From positions 1-43,856 of the forward strand of contig CAZBBK010000046.1 of assembly GCA_964490075.1 (NCBI GenBank): a DNA stretch of 43,856 bases, given 5' to 3'. The DNA comes from an uncultured Gemmatimonadota bacterium. GTDB lineage: Bacteria > GCA-2686955. Below are positions 31,034 through 40,870 of this stretch, piece after piece. Made by a program: the position numbers and the translations under genes. Positions within the stretch are counted from its first letter, which is position 1; every line of letters begins with the position of its first letter. The notes under the pieces were generated by a model. It saw only the letters and a list, made by a program, of their open reading frames with translations, was not told where the DNA came from and did not search any database.

Positions 31034-31749
31034 GTCTGAGCAACGACATCCTGCACCACCTCGACACCTTCTTGTTCGGGGCGCTGCCCTATCTGTCGAT
31101 CACGATCTTCCTGGTCGTGACCATCCAGCGCTACCGCCAAGACACTTTCACCTACTCTAGCCTGTCGTCGCAGTTCCTGGAGAACCGCCAGCACTTCTGG
31201 GGCCTGGTGCCCTTTCACTACGGCTTGCTCACGGTGTTGGCCGGACACGTCGTCGCTTTCCTGATTCCACGCGCGATTCTGGCTTGGAATGGGGTGCCGC
31301 TTCGTCTCTACGTGCTGGAAGTGAGCGCGCTGATCTGTGGGCTGCTGACGGTGACGGGACTGGTGATGGCGATCGCCAGGCGCTTGAACAACACCAGAGT
31401 TCGCGGCGTGACTACCGCCTCGGACTGGGTGCTCTTCGCCATGCTCCTGTTTCAGATCATCACCGGGGTTCTGGTGGCGGTCTTCGTGGGCTGGGGGTCT
31501 TCCTGGTTCGCCGCGGCGGTCTCTCCCTACCTCTGGTCTCTGGTGAAATTCCAACCGGACTGGAGCTTCATCGTCGGCATGCCGTGGCTGGTGAAGCTGC
31601 ACATCGTTTCGGCGTTCGTGCTGATCGGATTCTTCCCCTTCACCCGGCTGGTGCACCTGCTGGTGATTCCAAATCAGTACTTGTGGCGCAGGACACAGAT
31701 CGTCCGCTGGTACGGATTTCGCGGAGCCACTCGAGGAAAAGCAACATGA
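31030..31749 (+). CDS. narI: Nitrate reductase gamma subunit (di-heme cytochrome b)
   Basis: Multi-TM protein with SSQFLE and four heme b His ligands in FHYG..LAGH and KLH...PFTRLVH. Start ATG 31030. Confidence 0.95.
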   Translation: MSLSNDILHHLDTFLFGALPYLSITIFLVVTIQRYRQDTFTYSSLSSQFLENRQHFWGLVPFHYGLLTVLAGHVVAFLIPRAILAWNGVPLRLYVLEVSALICGLLTVTGLVMAIARRLNNTRVRGVTTASDWVLFAMLLFQIITGVLVAVFVGWGSSWFAAAVSPYLWSLVKFQPDWSFIVGMPWLVKLHIVSAFVLIGFFPFTRLVHLLVIPNQYLWRRTQIVRWYGFRGATRGKAT

Positions 31750-33395
31750 CGAGCGCAACCAAGAACACGCGGGCTGTCCGCCTCTCCTACTGGGACGTCG
31801 AGGACGACGGCTTCTGGGAATCCGAAGGCAAGGGCATCGCCAATCGCAATTTGTGGATTTCGATCCCCAATCTGCTCTGCGGTTTCGCGGTGTGGCTGTA
31901 CTGGGGCATGGTGGCGAAGTTTATTCAGAGGGCCCACTTCGCCAATACCGAGCTCTTCGATTTCACCTTCATGAACGGCGGTCAACCGTATGAAGGCGAC
32001 GCCTATCGCAACCTGCTCTTCACGCTGCCGGCGGTAGCCGGTCTGGCGGGAGCGACGCTGCGCATTCCCAACTCATTCATGATCTCGATTTGCGGGGGTC
32101 GCAATGTCAAGTTCATGACCACCATGCTCTTGATGCTGCCGGCTCTGGGAGCCGGCATCGCCCTGCAAAACCCGGCGACACCCTTCTCGACCTATGTGTT
32201 GTTGGCGGCGCTGTCCGGAGTGGGAGGTGGAGCCTTCGCCTCGTCGATGTCCAACATCAGCTTCTTCTTCCCCAAGCGGATGCAGGGACTGGCCCTGGGC
32301 CTGAATGCCGGTCTCGGCAACGCCGGGGTCTCGGTGATGCAGTTTCTGCTGCCCTGGATCATCACTTTTGGCGCCTTCGGTGGATTCGGCGGCGAGCCCT
32401 ATCAGGTCGGCGACAGCGCGCTGTGGATTCAGAACGCGGGACTGGTGTGGGTGCCGATCACGGGCTTCCTGATGATCCTGGCGTTTCTGTTCATGAACAA
32501 CATGCCGCAGCACGACTGCGGGCCGACCGCGGCGGCGGTCGGCAAGTACCTGTGGCTGACCTTGCTCGGGTTCATCGGAGCCGGTGTCGGTGTGACTCTG
32601 CTGATCGTGCCCTGGGGCGGCTTTCCGGCGCTGCTGAAGATCTTCGTGATTCTGGTGGTCGCGGTGGTTGTGACGCTGCTGGCCATGAAGAAGCTCACAC
32701 CGAGCGCGGTCAAGGGGAAGCTCGATGCGCAGTTCGCCATTTTCGACAACAAGCACAACTGGATCATGACCTGGCTCTACACCATGACCTTCGGGTCGTT
32801 CATCGGCTACGCGAACGCTTTTCCGAAGCTGATCGATGACGTGTTCGGCGTGATCAGGGTCGGTGCCGATGGTTCGCCTTTGGCCGAGGCGATGATCAAT
32901 CCGAATGCACCTCTGTCGGCGTCCTATATCTGGATCGGCGCTGGTGTCGGCGCGTTGATCCGGCCCCTGGGAGGCTGGCTCTCGGACAAGCTCGGGGGCG
33001 CGCGAGTGACTCAGTGGGACACCGTGGTGATGATCGCGGCAACGATCGGAGCCGGCTATTTCGTGGCGCTGGCCAACCGCTCAGCGACGCCCGAGCAGTA
33101 CTTCTTGCCTTTCCTGTTCTTGTTCATCCTGCTCTTCGCCACCACCGGCATCGGCAACGGTTCGACCTTCCGCATGATTCCGATCATCTTCGAGAAGGAG
33201 CAGGCGGGACCGGTGCTCGGCTGGACTTCGGCGATCGCCGCTTACGGCGCCTATCTGATCCCGAGGATTTTCGGAGAGCAGATCAAGAGCGGCACGCCAG
33301 AGTACGCGCTCTACGGCTTCGCCGGATACTACGCCAGCTGTCTGATCGTGAACTGGTGGTTCTACGCCCGCAAGAACGCCGAAACCCCTTGCTGA
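31746..33395 (+). CDS. narK: Nitrate/nitrite MFS transporter, NarK2 (E. coli NarK/NarU-like) type
   Basis: WDVEDDGFW..NRNLWISIP, signature Arg in GATLRIP and ALIRPLGG, GGGAFASSM, TGIGNGSTFRMIP. Start ATG 31746 overlaps the narI stop. Confidence 0.92.
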   Translation: MTSATKNTRAVRLSYWDVEDDGFWESEGKGIANRNLWISIPNLLCGFAVWLYWGMVAKFIQRAHFANTELFDFTFMNGGQPYEGDAYRNLLFTLPAVAGLAGATLRIPNSFMISICGGRNVKFMTTMLLMLPALGAGIALQNPATPFSTYVLLAALSGVGGGAFASSMSNISFFFPKRMQGLALGLNAGLGNAGVSVMQFLLPWIITFGAFGGFGGEPYQVGDSALWIQNAGLVWVPITGFLMILAFLFMNNMPQHDCGPTAAAVGKYLWLTLLGFIGAGVGVTLLIVPWGGFPALLKIFVILVVAVVVTLLAMKKLTPSAVKGKLDAQFAIFDNKHNWIMTWLYTMTFGSFIGYANAFPKLIDDVFGVIRVGADGSPLAEAMINPNAPLSASYIWIGAGVGALIRPLGGWLSDKLGGARVTQWDTVVMIAATIGAGYFVALANRSATPEQYFLPFLFLFILLFATTGIGNGSTFRMIPIIFEKEQAGPVLGWTSAIAAYGAYLIPRIFGEQIKSGTPEYALYGFAGYYASCLIVNWWFYARKNAETPC

Positions 33396-33415
33396 GAGAT
33401 GGTTGAGGTCGCCGG

Positions 33416-34069
33416 ATGAACGGTCGTCTGTTCTCGACTCTGCTGATCTGCGGCATCGTGTTGGCGGGGATCTCGCTGGTGCGCGCCGGCGGTCGCCTGC
33501 AGCTGGCTGGAATCGATCAGGGCTATCAACCGGTGCAGCCGATCGCCTATTCCCATCGACTGCACGCAGGCGAGCTGGCCATTCCCTGTCTCTACTGCCA
33601 CAGCGGCGCCGAGAAGAGCCGCCGGGCGGGGATTCCCGCGGCCAGCATCTGCATGAACTGTCACCGCTTCGTGAGCGCGACGATGGGTGCAGTGCGCGCC
33701 GAGGAGAAGGCGGCTGACGAAGAGGGGCGCGAGCCGCGGAGCTTGGTCTCGCCCGAGCTGGCGAAGCTCTACCAGGCCCATGGACTCACCGAGAGCCTGC
33801 AGCCCGACCCGGGGCTGGAGGCGATGCCGATCGCCTGGAAGCGCGTTCACAGCCTGCCGGATTTTGCGGCCTTCGATCATCGGCCACACGTTGCGGCGGA
33901 GATCTCATGCATGAGCTGCCACGGCCCGATCGAGACCATGGACCGAGTGCGCCAGGAGGCGACGCTGAGCATGGGGTGGTGTGTTCGCTGCCATCGCGAG
34001 ACGACTCCCCGCACCGAGGCCGGCAGGCCGGTGGATCCCCCGCTCGACTGCGTCACATGCCACTACTGA
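33416..34069 (+). CDS. actA: Alternative complex III pentaheme cytochrome c subunit
   Basis: N-terminal TM, GYQPVQPIAYSHRLHAG, five CxxCH (CLYCH, CMNCH, CMSCH, CVRCH, CVTCH), WKRVHSLPDF, LSMGWC. Confidence 0.9.
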   Translation: MNGRLFSTLLICGIVLAGISLVRAGGRLQLAGIDQGYQPVQPIAYSHRLHAGELAIPCLYCHSGAEKSRRAGIPAASICMNCHRFVSATMGAVRAEEKAADEEGREPRSLVSPELAKLYQAHGLTESLQPDPGLEAMPIAWKRVHSLPDFAAFDHRPHVAAEISCMSCHGPIETMDRVRQEATLSMGWCVRCHRETTPRTEAGRPVDPPLDCVTCHY

Positions 34070-34085
34070 TCGATTGGAAGCGACG

Positions 34086-37000
34086 ATGAGTCAAGGCAGC
34101 AAAGGGTACTGGACCTCACCGGACCGGCGCGGGGCGGCGGACGGCGGCGTGAGCCCGGCGTCGGGAGAGTTCTCGGTGATGTCGGTGGGCGACCTGCCGG
34201 CCTTGCCGCGGCGCGACTTCCTGCGTCTGGCCGGATTCGCCGTGGGCGCGACCTCGCTGATCGGTTGCAGCCGTGGCAAGGAGCGCGAAGTCGCTCCCTA
34301 CCTGGTCGCCCCTGAGGAGGTGGTTCCCGGGCGCGCCTACTGGTACGCGACCGTGTGCGGGGCGTGTCCGGCGGGCTGCGGCGTGCTGGCCAAAGCGCTT
34401 GACGGTCGTCCGGTGAAGCTGGAAGGCAATCCGCAGCACCCTCTTTCGGCGGGCGGCATGTGCCCCATCGGGCAGGCCAGCGTGCTCTCCCTCTACGATT
34501 CTCAGCGACTGTTGGCACCGCTCCGCGACGGCAACGCGAGCGATTGGCCGTCGGTCGACGCCGAGCTGAGCGCGGCCTTCGAGCGCCTGGCGCAGGGCTC
34601 TGGTCGGGTGCGTTTCCTGGTCGATTCCACGACCGGTCCGACCGAGCGCAAGGCGATCGAGCGTTTTCTGGCGCGCTTCTCCGACGCACGGATGGTCACC
34701 TACGATCCGATCTCGCTGTCGGCGATCGCGGATGCCCACCAGGAGACACACGGTCTCCGAGCATTGCCGCGCTTCCGCCTGGAGCGGGCAGAGGTCATCG
34801 TATCCCTCGGCGCCGACTTCCTCGGGGGTTGGATCTCTCCGGTCGAGCACACCAAGGCCTACCAGGCGGGACGCCGTCTCGACCGCCACGAGGGGGACTT
34901 TTCGCAGCACATCCAGCTCGAATCGAGAATGTCGCTGAGCGGCAGCAACGCCGATCGGCGGATTTCGATCCCGCCGGGCACGAGCGCGACAATCCTGGCC
35001 CACCTGGTAGACCGTGTGGCCCGCCACGCCGGAACGGCGCCTCCCTGGCAGGCACTCCCCGCCGCGCCGATCGAGGGCAGGTTGATCGAGGACCTGGCTC
35101 GAGCCTTGCTGAGTGCGCACCGCGGCCACGCCGTGGTTCTCTGCGGAGACAACGATTCCGACGCACAGCGTCTGACGAACTGTCTCAACGAAATGCTGGG
35201 TGGCTACGACTCCGGCCATGGACGAGCGCTGATCGACCTGGCGCGGCCTTCGCGCCAGAGGATCGGCTCCGATGCCGATCTACTGACGCTCATGACCGAG
35301 CTCGAAGAGGGAGCGGTCGACGCGTTGGTCGTGCGCGGCGCCAACCCGGTCTTCGACCTTCCCTTCGGCCCCGTCTTCGCCGAGCGGCTGCGGAACCTCT
35401 CGTTGGTGGTCAGCATCGGCGAACGCGTTGACGAGACCGCCCAGCACGCACACTTCGTCTGCCCGGAGCCACACTTTCTGGAGAGCTGGGGAGACTCGGA
35501 GCCCGCGGCCGGCGTCGTCGCGCTGCGCCAGCCGGTGTTGCGCTCGATGGGTGCCACCCGACCGCTGCTCGAGAGCCTGGCCGCGTGGCGCGGTGAGCGA
35601 CGCAGCGCGCGCGACCAGATCCGCGACAGATGGTTCGCGGAGGTGTATCGAGGGGCACGCGATGCGGCGGGCTTCGAGGCGTTCTGGAACCAGACCCTGC
35701 ACGACGGCTGCGCCGAGTCCGAAGCGACGGACGAGCTCGCTGGAGAATTCAGGAAATCGGCTCTGAGCCCTTCGCCCTCCGCTGCGCCCGATGCCCCGGC
35801 GCTGCCGGCGGAGCTGGTAGCCGAGGTCTACTCGTCGCCGCAGGTGCTCGACGGCAGGCACGGCCACAATCCCTGGCTCCTCGAGCTTCCCGATCCAATC
35901 GCCAAGACGACCTGGAGCAACTGCGCAGCGTTGGCGCCCGCCACCGCTCGGTCGCTGGGCGTGGCGACCGGAGACGAGCTGGAGATCGAGGCCGACGGGG
36001 GCGCGAAACTGCTGCTGCCGGTCGTGGTGCAGCCCGGCCAACATGTCAGCGCGGTCTCGGTGGCGCTCGGATGGGGGCGCGCAGGCACAGAGCGCTTCGC
36101 CGGCGTGGGACCGCAGTGGCTGGAGGGCGAGGCGACGGTGGCTCCCGGCGAGCGCGTAGGGACCAACGCGGCACCCTTGATGGTGGCCGGGACCGACGGA
36201 ATCGCCTACAGCGGACTTCGAGTCAAGGTGCGCGCGACCGGAGTCAAGCGTTCCCTCGCTACCACCCAGCGACACCATACGCTTTTCGTTCCCGCAGGCC
36301 TCGCGCGGGCCGGCCACGAGCGGCGCCCGATCGTGCGTGAGACTACCCTCGGCGAACTGCGTCACGCCGTTCACGGTGCCGCGGAGCACACTCACCATGA
36401 ACATCCCAGCCTCTATGCGGAGCATCCCAAGTCGCCCCATCACTGGGGCATGGCGATCGATCTGAGCCGCTGCACTGGCTGCTCGGCCTGCGTGGTGTCG
36501 TGCCAGGCCGAGAACAACATTCCTGTGGTCGGTCGCGACGAAGTGTTCCGCTCGCGCGAGATGCACTGGATGCGCATCGATCGCTACTACTCTGGAGACG
36601 GCGACGAGGTCGAAGTGGTGCACATGCCGATGCTCTGCCAGCACTGCGACAACGCTCCCTGTGAAAACGTCTGCCCGGTGCAGGCCACCGTGCAGAGCGC
36701 CGAAGGGCTGAATCAACAGGTCTACAACCGCTGCGTAGGGACCCGCTACTGCGCCAACAACTGCCCCTACAAGGTGCGGCGTTTCAACTGGTTCGACTAC
36801 CCGCGCCAGGATCGTCTGCAGAATCTGGTGCTGAACCCGGATGTGACGGTTCGATCGCGCGGCGTCATGGAGAAGTGCAGCCTGTGCGTGCAGCGCATTC
36901 AGGAGGCCAAGGCGGCGGCGAAGATCGCCGGCAAGGCTCTCGATGATGGCGACATCACACCGGCCTGCGGGCAATCCTGCCCTGCGGGCGCGATAGTATT

Positions 37001-37157
37001 CGGAGATATGAACGATCCCGAGAGCCGCCTCTCCCGTCTCAAACAGGATCCGCGACACTACGCGGTTCTCGATGAGCTCGGGATCAAGCCGGTCGTTGGG
37101 TATCTGGCCAAGGTGAGGAATCGGACCGAGCCGGTGGGAACCGTGAACCATGTCTGA
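34086..37157 (+). CDS. actB: Alternative complex III ActB (Tat-exported molybdopterin-oxidoreductase-like domain fused to an Fe-S domain)
   Basis: KGYW..., Tat [37 protein letters not shown], and four Cys clusters ([39 protein letters not shown]...CGQSC). Confidence 0.92.
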   Translation: MSQGSKGYWTSPDRRGAADGGVSPASGEFSVMSVGDLPALPRRDFLRLAGFAVGATSLIGCSRGKEREVAPYLVAPEEVVPGRAYWYATVCGACPAGCGVLAKALDGRPVKLEGNPQHPLSAGGMCPIGQASVLSLYDSQRLLAPLRDGNASDWPSVDAELSAAFERLAQGSGRVRFLVDSTTGPTERKAIERFLARFSDARMVTYDPISLSAIADAHQETHGLRALPRFRLERAEVIVSLGADFLGGWISPVEHTKAYQAGRRLDRHEGDFSQHIQLESRMSLSGSNADRRISIPPGTSATILAHLVDRVARHAGTAPPWQALPAAPIEGRLIEDLARALLSAHRGHAVVLCGDNDSDAQRLTNCLNEMLGGYDSGHGRALIDLARPSRQRIGSDADLLTLMTELEEGAVDALVVRGANPVFDLPFGPVFAERLRNLSLVVSIGERVDETAQHAHFVCPEPHFLESWGDSEPAAGVVALRQPVLRSMGATRPLLESLAAWRGERRSARDQIRDRWFAEVYRGARDAAGFEAFWNQTLHDGCAESEATDELAGEFRKSALSPSPSAAPDAPALPAELVAEVYSSPQVLDGRHGHNPWLLELPDPIAKTTWSNCAALAPATARSLGVATGDELEIEADGGAKLLLPVVVQPGQHVSAVSVALGWGRAGTERFAGVGPQWLEGEATVAPGERVGTNAAPLMVAGTDGIAYSGLRVKVRATGVKRSLATTQRHHTLFVPAGLARAGHERRPIVRETTLGELRHAVHGAAEHTHHEHPSLYAEHPKSPHHWGMAIDLSRCTGCSACVVSCQAENNIPVVGRDEVFRSREMHWMRIDRYYSGDGDEVEVVHMPMLCQHCDNAPCENVCPVQATVQSAEGLNQQVYNRCVGTRYCANNCPYKVRRFNWFDYPRQDRLQNLVLNPDVTVRSRGVMEKCSLCVQRIQEAKAAAKIAGKALDDGDITPACGQSCPAGAIVFGDMNDPESRLSRLKQDPRHYAVLDELGIKPVVGYLAKVRNRTEPVGTVNHV

Positions 37158-38526
37158 AGCAAGCAGCGAGCTGCGCCGTCCGCTGGTCGACGGCAACAAG
37201 TCGCCGGCCGCGGTCACCGAGGATATCTGCCGGCCGCTGGAGGGCCGCGCGGGTGCCCTGTGGTGGATCGCTTTCGTGATTGCTGCGTCGGTGCTCGCCG
37301 TCGGCGTCGCGGCGGTCGCCTATCTCTTTGCCACCGGTGTCGGCGTGTGGGGGCTGAACCGCACCGTGGGCTGGGGATTCGACATCACCAATTTCGTCTT
37401 CTGGGTCGGCATCGGCCACGCCGGCACGTTGATCTCCGCGGTACTCTTTCTCTTCCGCCAGCGCTGGAGGACTGCCGTCAACCGCTCCGCGGAGGCGATG
37501 ACGATTTTCGCGGTGATGTGCGCCGGGCTCTTTCCTTTGATCCACATGGGACGCCCCTGGCTCGCCTTCTTCGTCTTCCCCTATCCGAACACTCGGGGCC
37601 CCCTGTGGATCAACTTCCGCTCCGCCCTGTGCTGGGATGTGTTCGCGATTTCTACCTACTTCTTGATTTCGCTCGGGTTCTGGTACATCGGCCTGGTTCC
37701 CGATCTGGCGACACTCAGAGACCGCGCGGCATCCAAGCTGAAGCGCGCGCTGTGCGGATTCTTCTCGCTGGGCTGGAACGGATCGACCAGAACCTGGCTG
37801 CGCTACGAAACCGTCTACCTGCTGCTGGCGGGACTGGCGACGCCGCTGGTGTTCTCGGTCCACACCATCGTCAGCATGGACTTCGCCACTTCGGTGATTC
37901 CCGGCTGGCACACCACGATCTTCCCGCCCTACTTCGTGTCGGGCGCGATCTTCTCCGGCCTGGCGATGGTGCTGACTCTGATGCTGATCGCGCGCAAGAC
38001 GATGCATCTGGAGGACTACATCACCACACGCCACGTGTCGGCGATGTGCAAACTGATCATCGCGACCGGCGGGATCGTCGCGACGGCCTACGGGACGGAG
38101 TTCTTCATCGCCTGGTACTCGGGGAACGACTACGAGCTCTTCGTGTTCCTGAATCGAGCGCTCGGTCCCTATGCCTGGGCCTACTGGACGATGGTCTCCT
38201 GCAATGTGCTGGTGCCGCAGCTGTTCTGGTTCAAAGCGGTGCGTGGGAACCTGATGTTGGTTTGGGTCCTGTCGATCTTCATCAACATCGGGATGTGGTT
38301 CGAGCGATTCGTAATCATCGTCACCTCACTGCACCGGGACTTCCTGCCGTCGAGCTGGACCTACTACGTGCCGACCAAGATCGAGATCGCGACGCTGGTG
38401 GGGAGCTTTGGGCTCTTCTTTAGCCTGTTCCTGATCTTCTGTCGCTTCCTGCCGGTCGTCGCCATCGCGGAGATCAAGGGGGTGCTCAGCTTTGGGCGGT
38501 CGAGCAAGACTGGAGGAGAGGCATGA
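37150..38526 (+). CDS. actC: Alternative complex III NrfD/PsrC-type quinol-binding subunit
   Basis: [77 protein letters not shown]. Confidence 0.95.
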   Translation: MSEASSELRRPLVDGNKSPAAVTEDICRPLEGRAGALWWIAFVIAASVLAVGVAAVAYLFATGVGVWGLNRTVGWGFDITNFVFWVGIGHAGTLISAVLFLFRQRWRTAVNRSAEAMTIFAVMCAGLFPLIHMGRPWLAFFVFPYPNTRGPLWINFRSALCWDVFAISTYFLISLGFWYIGLVPDLATLRDRAASKLKRALCGFFSLGWNGSTRTWLRYETVYLLLAGLATPLVFSVHTIVSMDFATSVIPGWHTTIFPPYFVSGAIFSGLAMVLTLMLIARKTMHLEDYITTRHVSAMCKLIIATGGIVATAYGTEFFIAWYSGNDYELFVFLNRALGPYAWAYWTMVSCNVLVPQLFWFKAVRGNLMLVWVLSIFINIGMWFERFVIIVTSLHRDFLPSSWTYYVPTKIEIATLVGSFGLFFSLFLIFCRFLPVVAIAEIKGVLSFGRSSKTGGEA

Positions 38527-39050
38527 ACCGAAGACTGGACGCGGTCTTCCAGAACGAAGGCGCAGTGCTCTCGGTGACCAGGGCGTGCCGGGAACGCGGC
38601 TACGAGATCATCGACGTCTATGCTCCCTATCCGGTCCATGGCTTGGACGCCGCCATGGGGCTGGAGCGATCGCGAATCCCGGTGGCGTGTTTTCTGCTGG
38701 GGATGGCGGGCGCCGCGGCGATGTTCTGGTTCCAGGTCTGGGCGTCGGCGATCGACTGGCCGGCGAACATCGGAGGCAAGCCGCTCAACTCGGCGCCGGC
38801 CTTCGTGCCGGTGACTTTCGAAACCGGAGTCCTGTGCGCCGGCCTCGGCACCATCCTGGTGCTGCTCATGGTCTGCCGGCTGCATCCCTTTCGGCGCGTG
38901 GAGCACGACGACGCGCGCTTGAGCGATGACCACTTTCTGGTCGCCATTCGACAGACCGATGCCGACCTGCATCCGGATATGGCGAAGGAGCTGTTCGAGG
39001 CCCACGGAGCGCTGGAGGTTCGAGAGGTGCCGCAGGAGGAAGGGCTATGA
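38523..39050 (+). CDS. actD: Alternative complex III ActD (DUF3341)
   Basis: [14 protein letters not shown], two TMs, [21 protein letters not shown]. Confidence 0.92.
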   Translation: MNRRLDAVFQNEGAVLSVTRACRERGYEIIDVYAPYPVHGLDAAMGLERSRIPVACFLLGMAGAAAMFWFQVWASAIDWPANIGGKPLNSAPAFVPVTFETGVLCAGLGTILVLLMVCRLHPFRRVEHDDARLSDDHFLVAIRQTDADLHPDMAKELFEAHGALEVREVPQEEGL

Positions 39051-39631
39051 GAGGGGCCAGCGCAAGGAACATGGTGCTCTTCGCTGTGCTGGTACTGCTG
39101 GTGGCGGCGCACCGCGCCATGCCCAGCGATCCGACCAGGCGCAACCTGCATTTCATGCCGGAGATGGTGGACTCGCCGGCGTACGAGGCGCAGGCGCCGG
39201 CACCCGCGCTGCCTGGCGGTGGGCGGGTCGATCTGAGGCCGCCCGAGGGCAGCGTGGCACGGGGCTATCCGCCCTTTCCCTACCGGGCGACGGAGCAGGA
39301 CGCGCAGCGCGCCGGAGTGGAGCTGACGAATCCGGAGGCGGCCGGCGATCCGGCAGTGTTGGCGCGCGGCGCGGCGGTGTTCGCGAACTTCTGCGCGACT
39401 TGCCATGGCGCATCGGGGACCGGTGACGGACCGGTGACGCGCCGCGGAGTCCCCCCGCCACCCTCGCTCCTGAGCGACCACGCACGAGCGATGGCCGACG
39501 GCTACCTCTACCACATCATCAGCGTCGGCCGGCGCAACATGGCTGGCTACGCGGCGCAGATCGAGAGGCACGATCGATGGAAGGTCGTGAGCCATGTCAG
39601 ATCGTTGCAGCAGGCCACGGTGGCGAGATGA
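39047..39631 (+). CDS. actE: Alternative complex III monoheme cytochrome c subunit
   Basis: FMPEMVDSP, PPEGSVARG, LTNP, CATCHG..G.GDG, DGYLYHII..G..NM..YA.QI...DRW. Confidence 0.9.
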   Translation: MRGASARNMVLFAVLVLLVAAHRAMPSDPTRRNLHFMPEMVDSPAYEAQAPAPALPGGGRVDLRPPEGSVARGYPPFPYRATEQDAQRAGVELTNPEAAGDPAVLARGAAVFANFCATCHGASGTGDGPVTRRGVPPPPSLLSDHARAMADGYLYHIISVGRRNMAGYAAQIERHDRWKVVSHVRSLQQATVAR

Positions 39632-40833
39632 GCGTGACACCGACGGTGATCGAGCCCGAGACGATCCAGCGACACTTCGTCCCGGCGCCGGCGCTCACCA
39701 GGCGCCTGACGATCGCGGCGGTCCTGGCCGCGCTGGCGGCGCTGACCGGGATCCTCGCGGCGCCGGAGCGCACCTGGCCAGGGCTTCTGGTGGCAGCGGT
39801 CTACATGGCCGAGATCGGGCTCGGCGCGTTGCTCTTTCTGGCTACCCAGGCGGTCGCCAGCGGCGGCTGGTACGTCTGTTTCAAACGCGTACCGGAAGCG
39901 CTCGCCGCGACCCTCCCCTACGCCGGCGGCATTTTGCTGCTGACCATCGCCGGTGGTATGGGAACTCTCTACGAATGGTCACATGCCGATGTGATGGCTG
40001 CCGATCCCCTGCTCGGAAACAAGAGCGCCTGGCTCAACGTGCCCTTCTTCCTCGGCCGGACGGTGTTGGTGCTCGCGATCTGGACCGCCCTGGCGCTGGC
40101 GTTGGGCAGGGTGTCGCGACGGCAGGACGCGGAAGGCTCGCACGCGGGCAATCGCCGCACGGTGATACTGGGGGGGCTCTCTCTGGTGCTCATCGCGCCG
40201 ACCTTCTCGATGGCCGCCTTCGACTGGCTGATGTCGCTCGAAGCGCATTGGTTCAGCACGCTCTATGCCGGATATCACTTCGCGCGCACCCTGATCTGCG
40301 GTCTGGCGACGATCACCATTGCGGTGATTCTGCTGCGCCGGGAAGGAGTGCTGCGGGGGGTCGTGAGTGACGAGCATCTCCACGATCTGGGGAAGCTGAT
40401 GTTCGGGTTCACCTCGTTCTGGGCCTATCTCTGGTTCAGCCAGTACATGCTGATCTGGTATGGGAATCTCCCGGAAGAGGTTAGCCACTACCAAACGCGT
40501 CACGAGGGCGCCTGGGCGGTCGTCGCCGCGGCGAATGTGATCATCGGATGGGTCATCCCTTTCTTGATGTTGCTGCCCATGGCGGCGAAGCGCAGCGAAA
40601 GTCTGTTGCTGAAGGTCTCCGGACTGCTCCTGGTCGGCCATTGGGTCGATCTGTACCTCGCCGTCCAGGGCGCGCTCTCACCCGCGGCGCCTGCGCTAGG
40701 GATCTGGGAGCTGGTGACGATCGCCGGAGGCATCGCGGTGTTTCTGCTGGTCTTTCGGCGAGGTCTGGCGGCGACCGACCTGCTGCCGAGAGGTGACGCC
40801 TATCTGCGGGAGAGTCTCCACCATCATCAGTGA
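39628..40833 (+). CDS. actF: Alternative complex III membrane subunit ActF
   Basis: LYEWSH, KSAWLNVPFF, DWLMSLEAHWFST, HLHDLGKLMFGF..FWAYLWFSQYMLIWYGNLPEE. Confidence 0.93.
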   Translation: MSVTPTVIEPETIQRHFVPAPALTRRLTIAAVLAALAALTGILAAPERTWPGLLVAAVYMAEIGLGALLFLATQAVASGGWYVCFKRVPEALAATLPYAGGILLLTIAGGMGTLYEWSHADVMAADPLLGNKSAWLNVPFFLGRTVLVLAIWTALALALGRVSRRQDAEGSHAGNRRTVILGGLSLVLIAPTFSMAAFDWLMSLEAHWFSTLYAGYHFARTLICGLATITIAVILLRREGVLRGVVSDEHLHDLGKLMFGFTSFWAYLWFSQYMLIWYGNLPEEVSHYQTRHEGAWAVVAAANVIIGWVIPFLMLLPMAAKRSESLLLKVSGLLLVGHWVDLYLAVQGALSPAAPALGIWELVTIAGGIAVFLLVFRRGLAATDLLPRGDAYLRESLHHHQ

Positions 40834-40870
40834 TTCCCCGAGCTCACTGCCGCCCTATGGAGAAAGATCG

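Noticed and set aside
34086-37157. ActB as an independent catalytic molybdoenzyme (Psr/Ttr/Dms type)
   Set aside because: The fused Fe-S domain and full actA/C/D/E/F context identify ACIII. Mo binding cannot be shown from the sequence.
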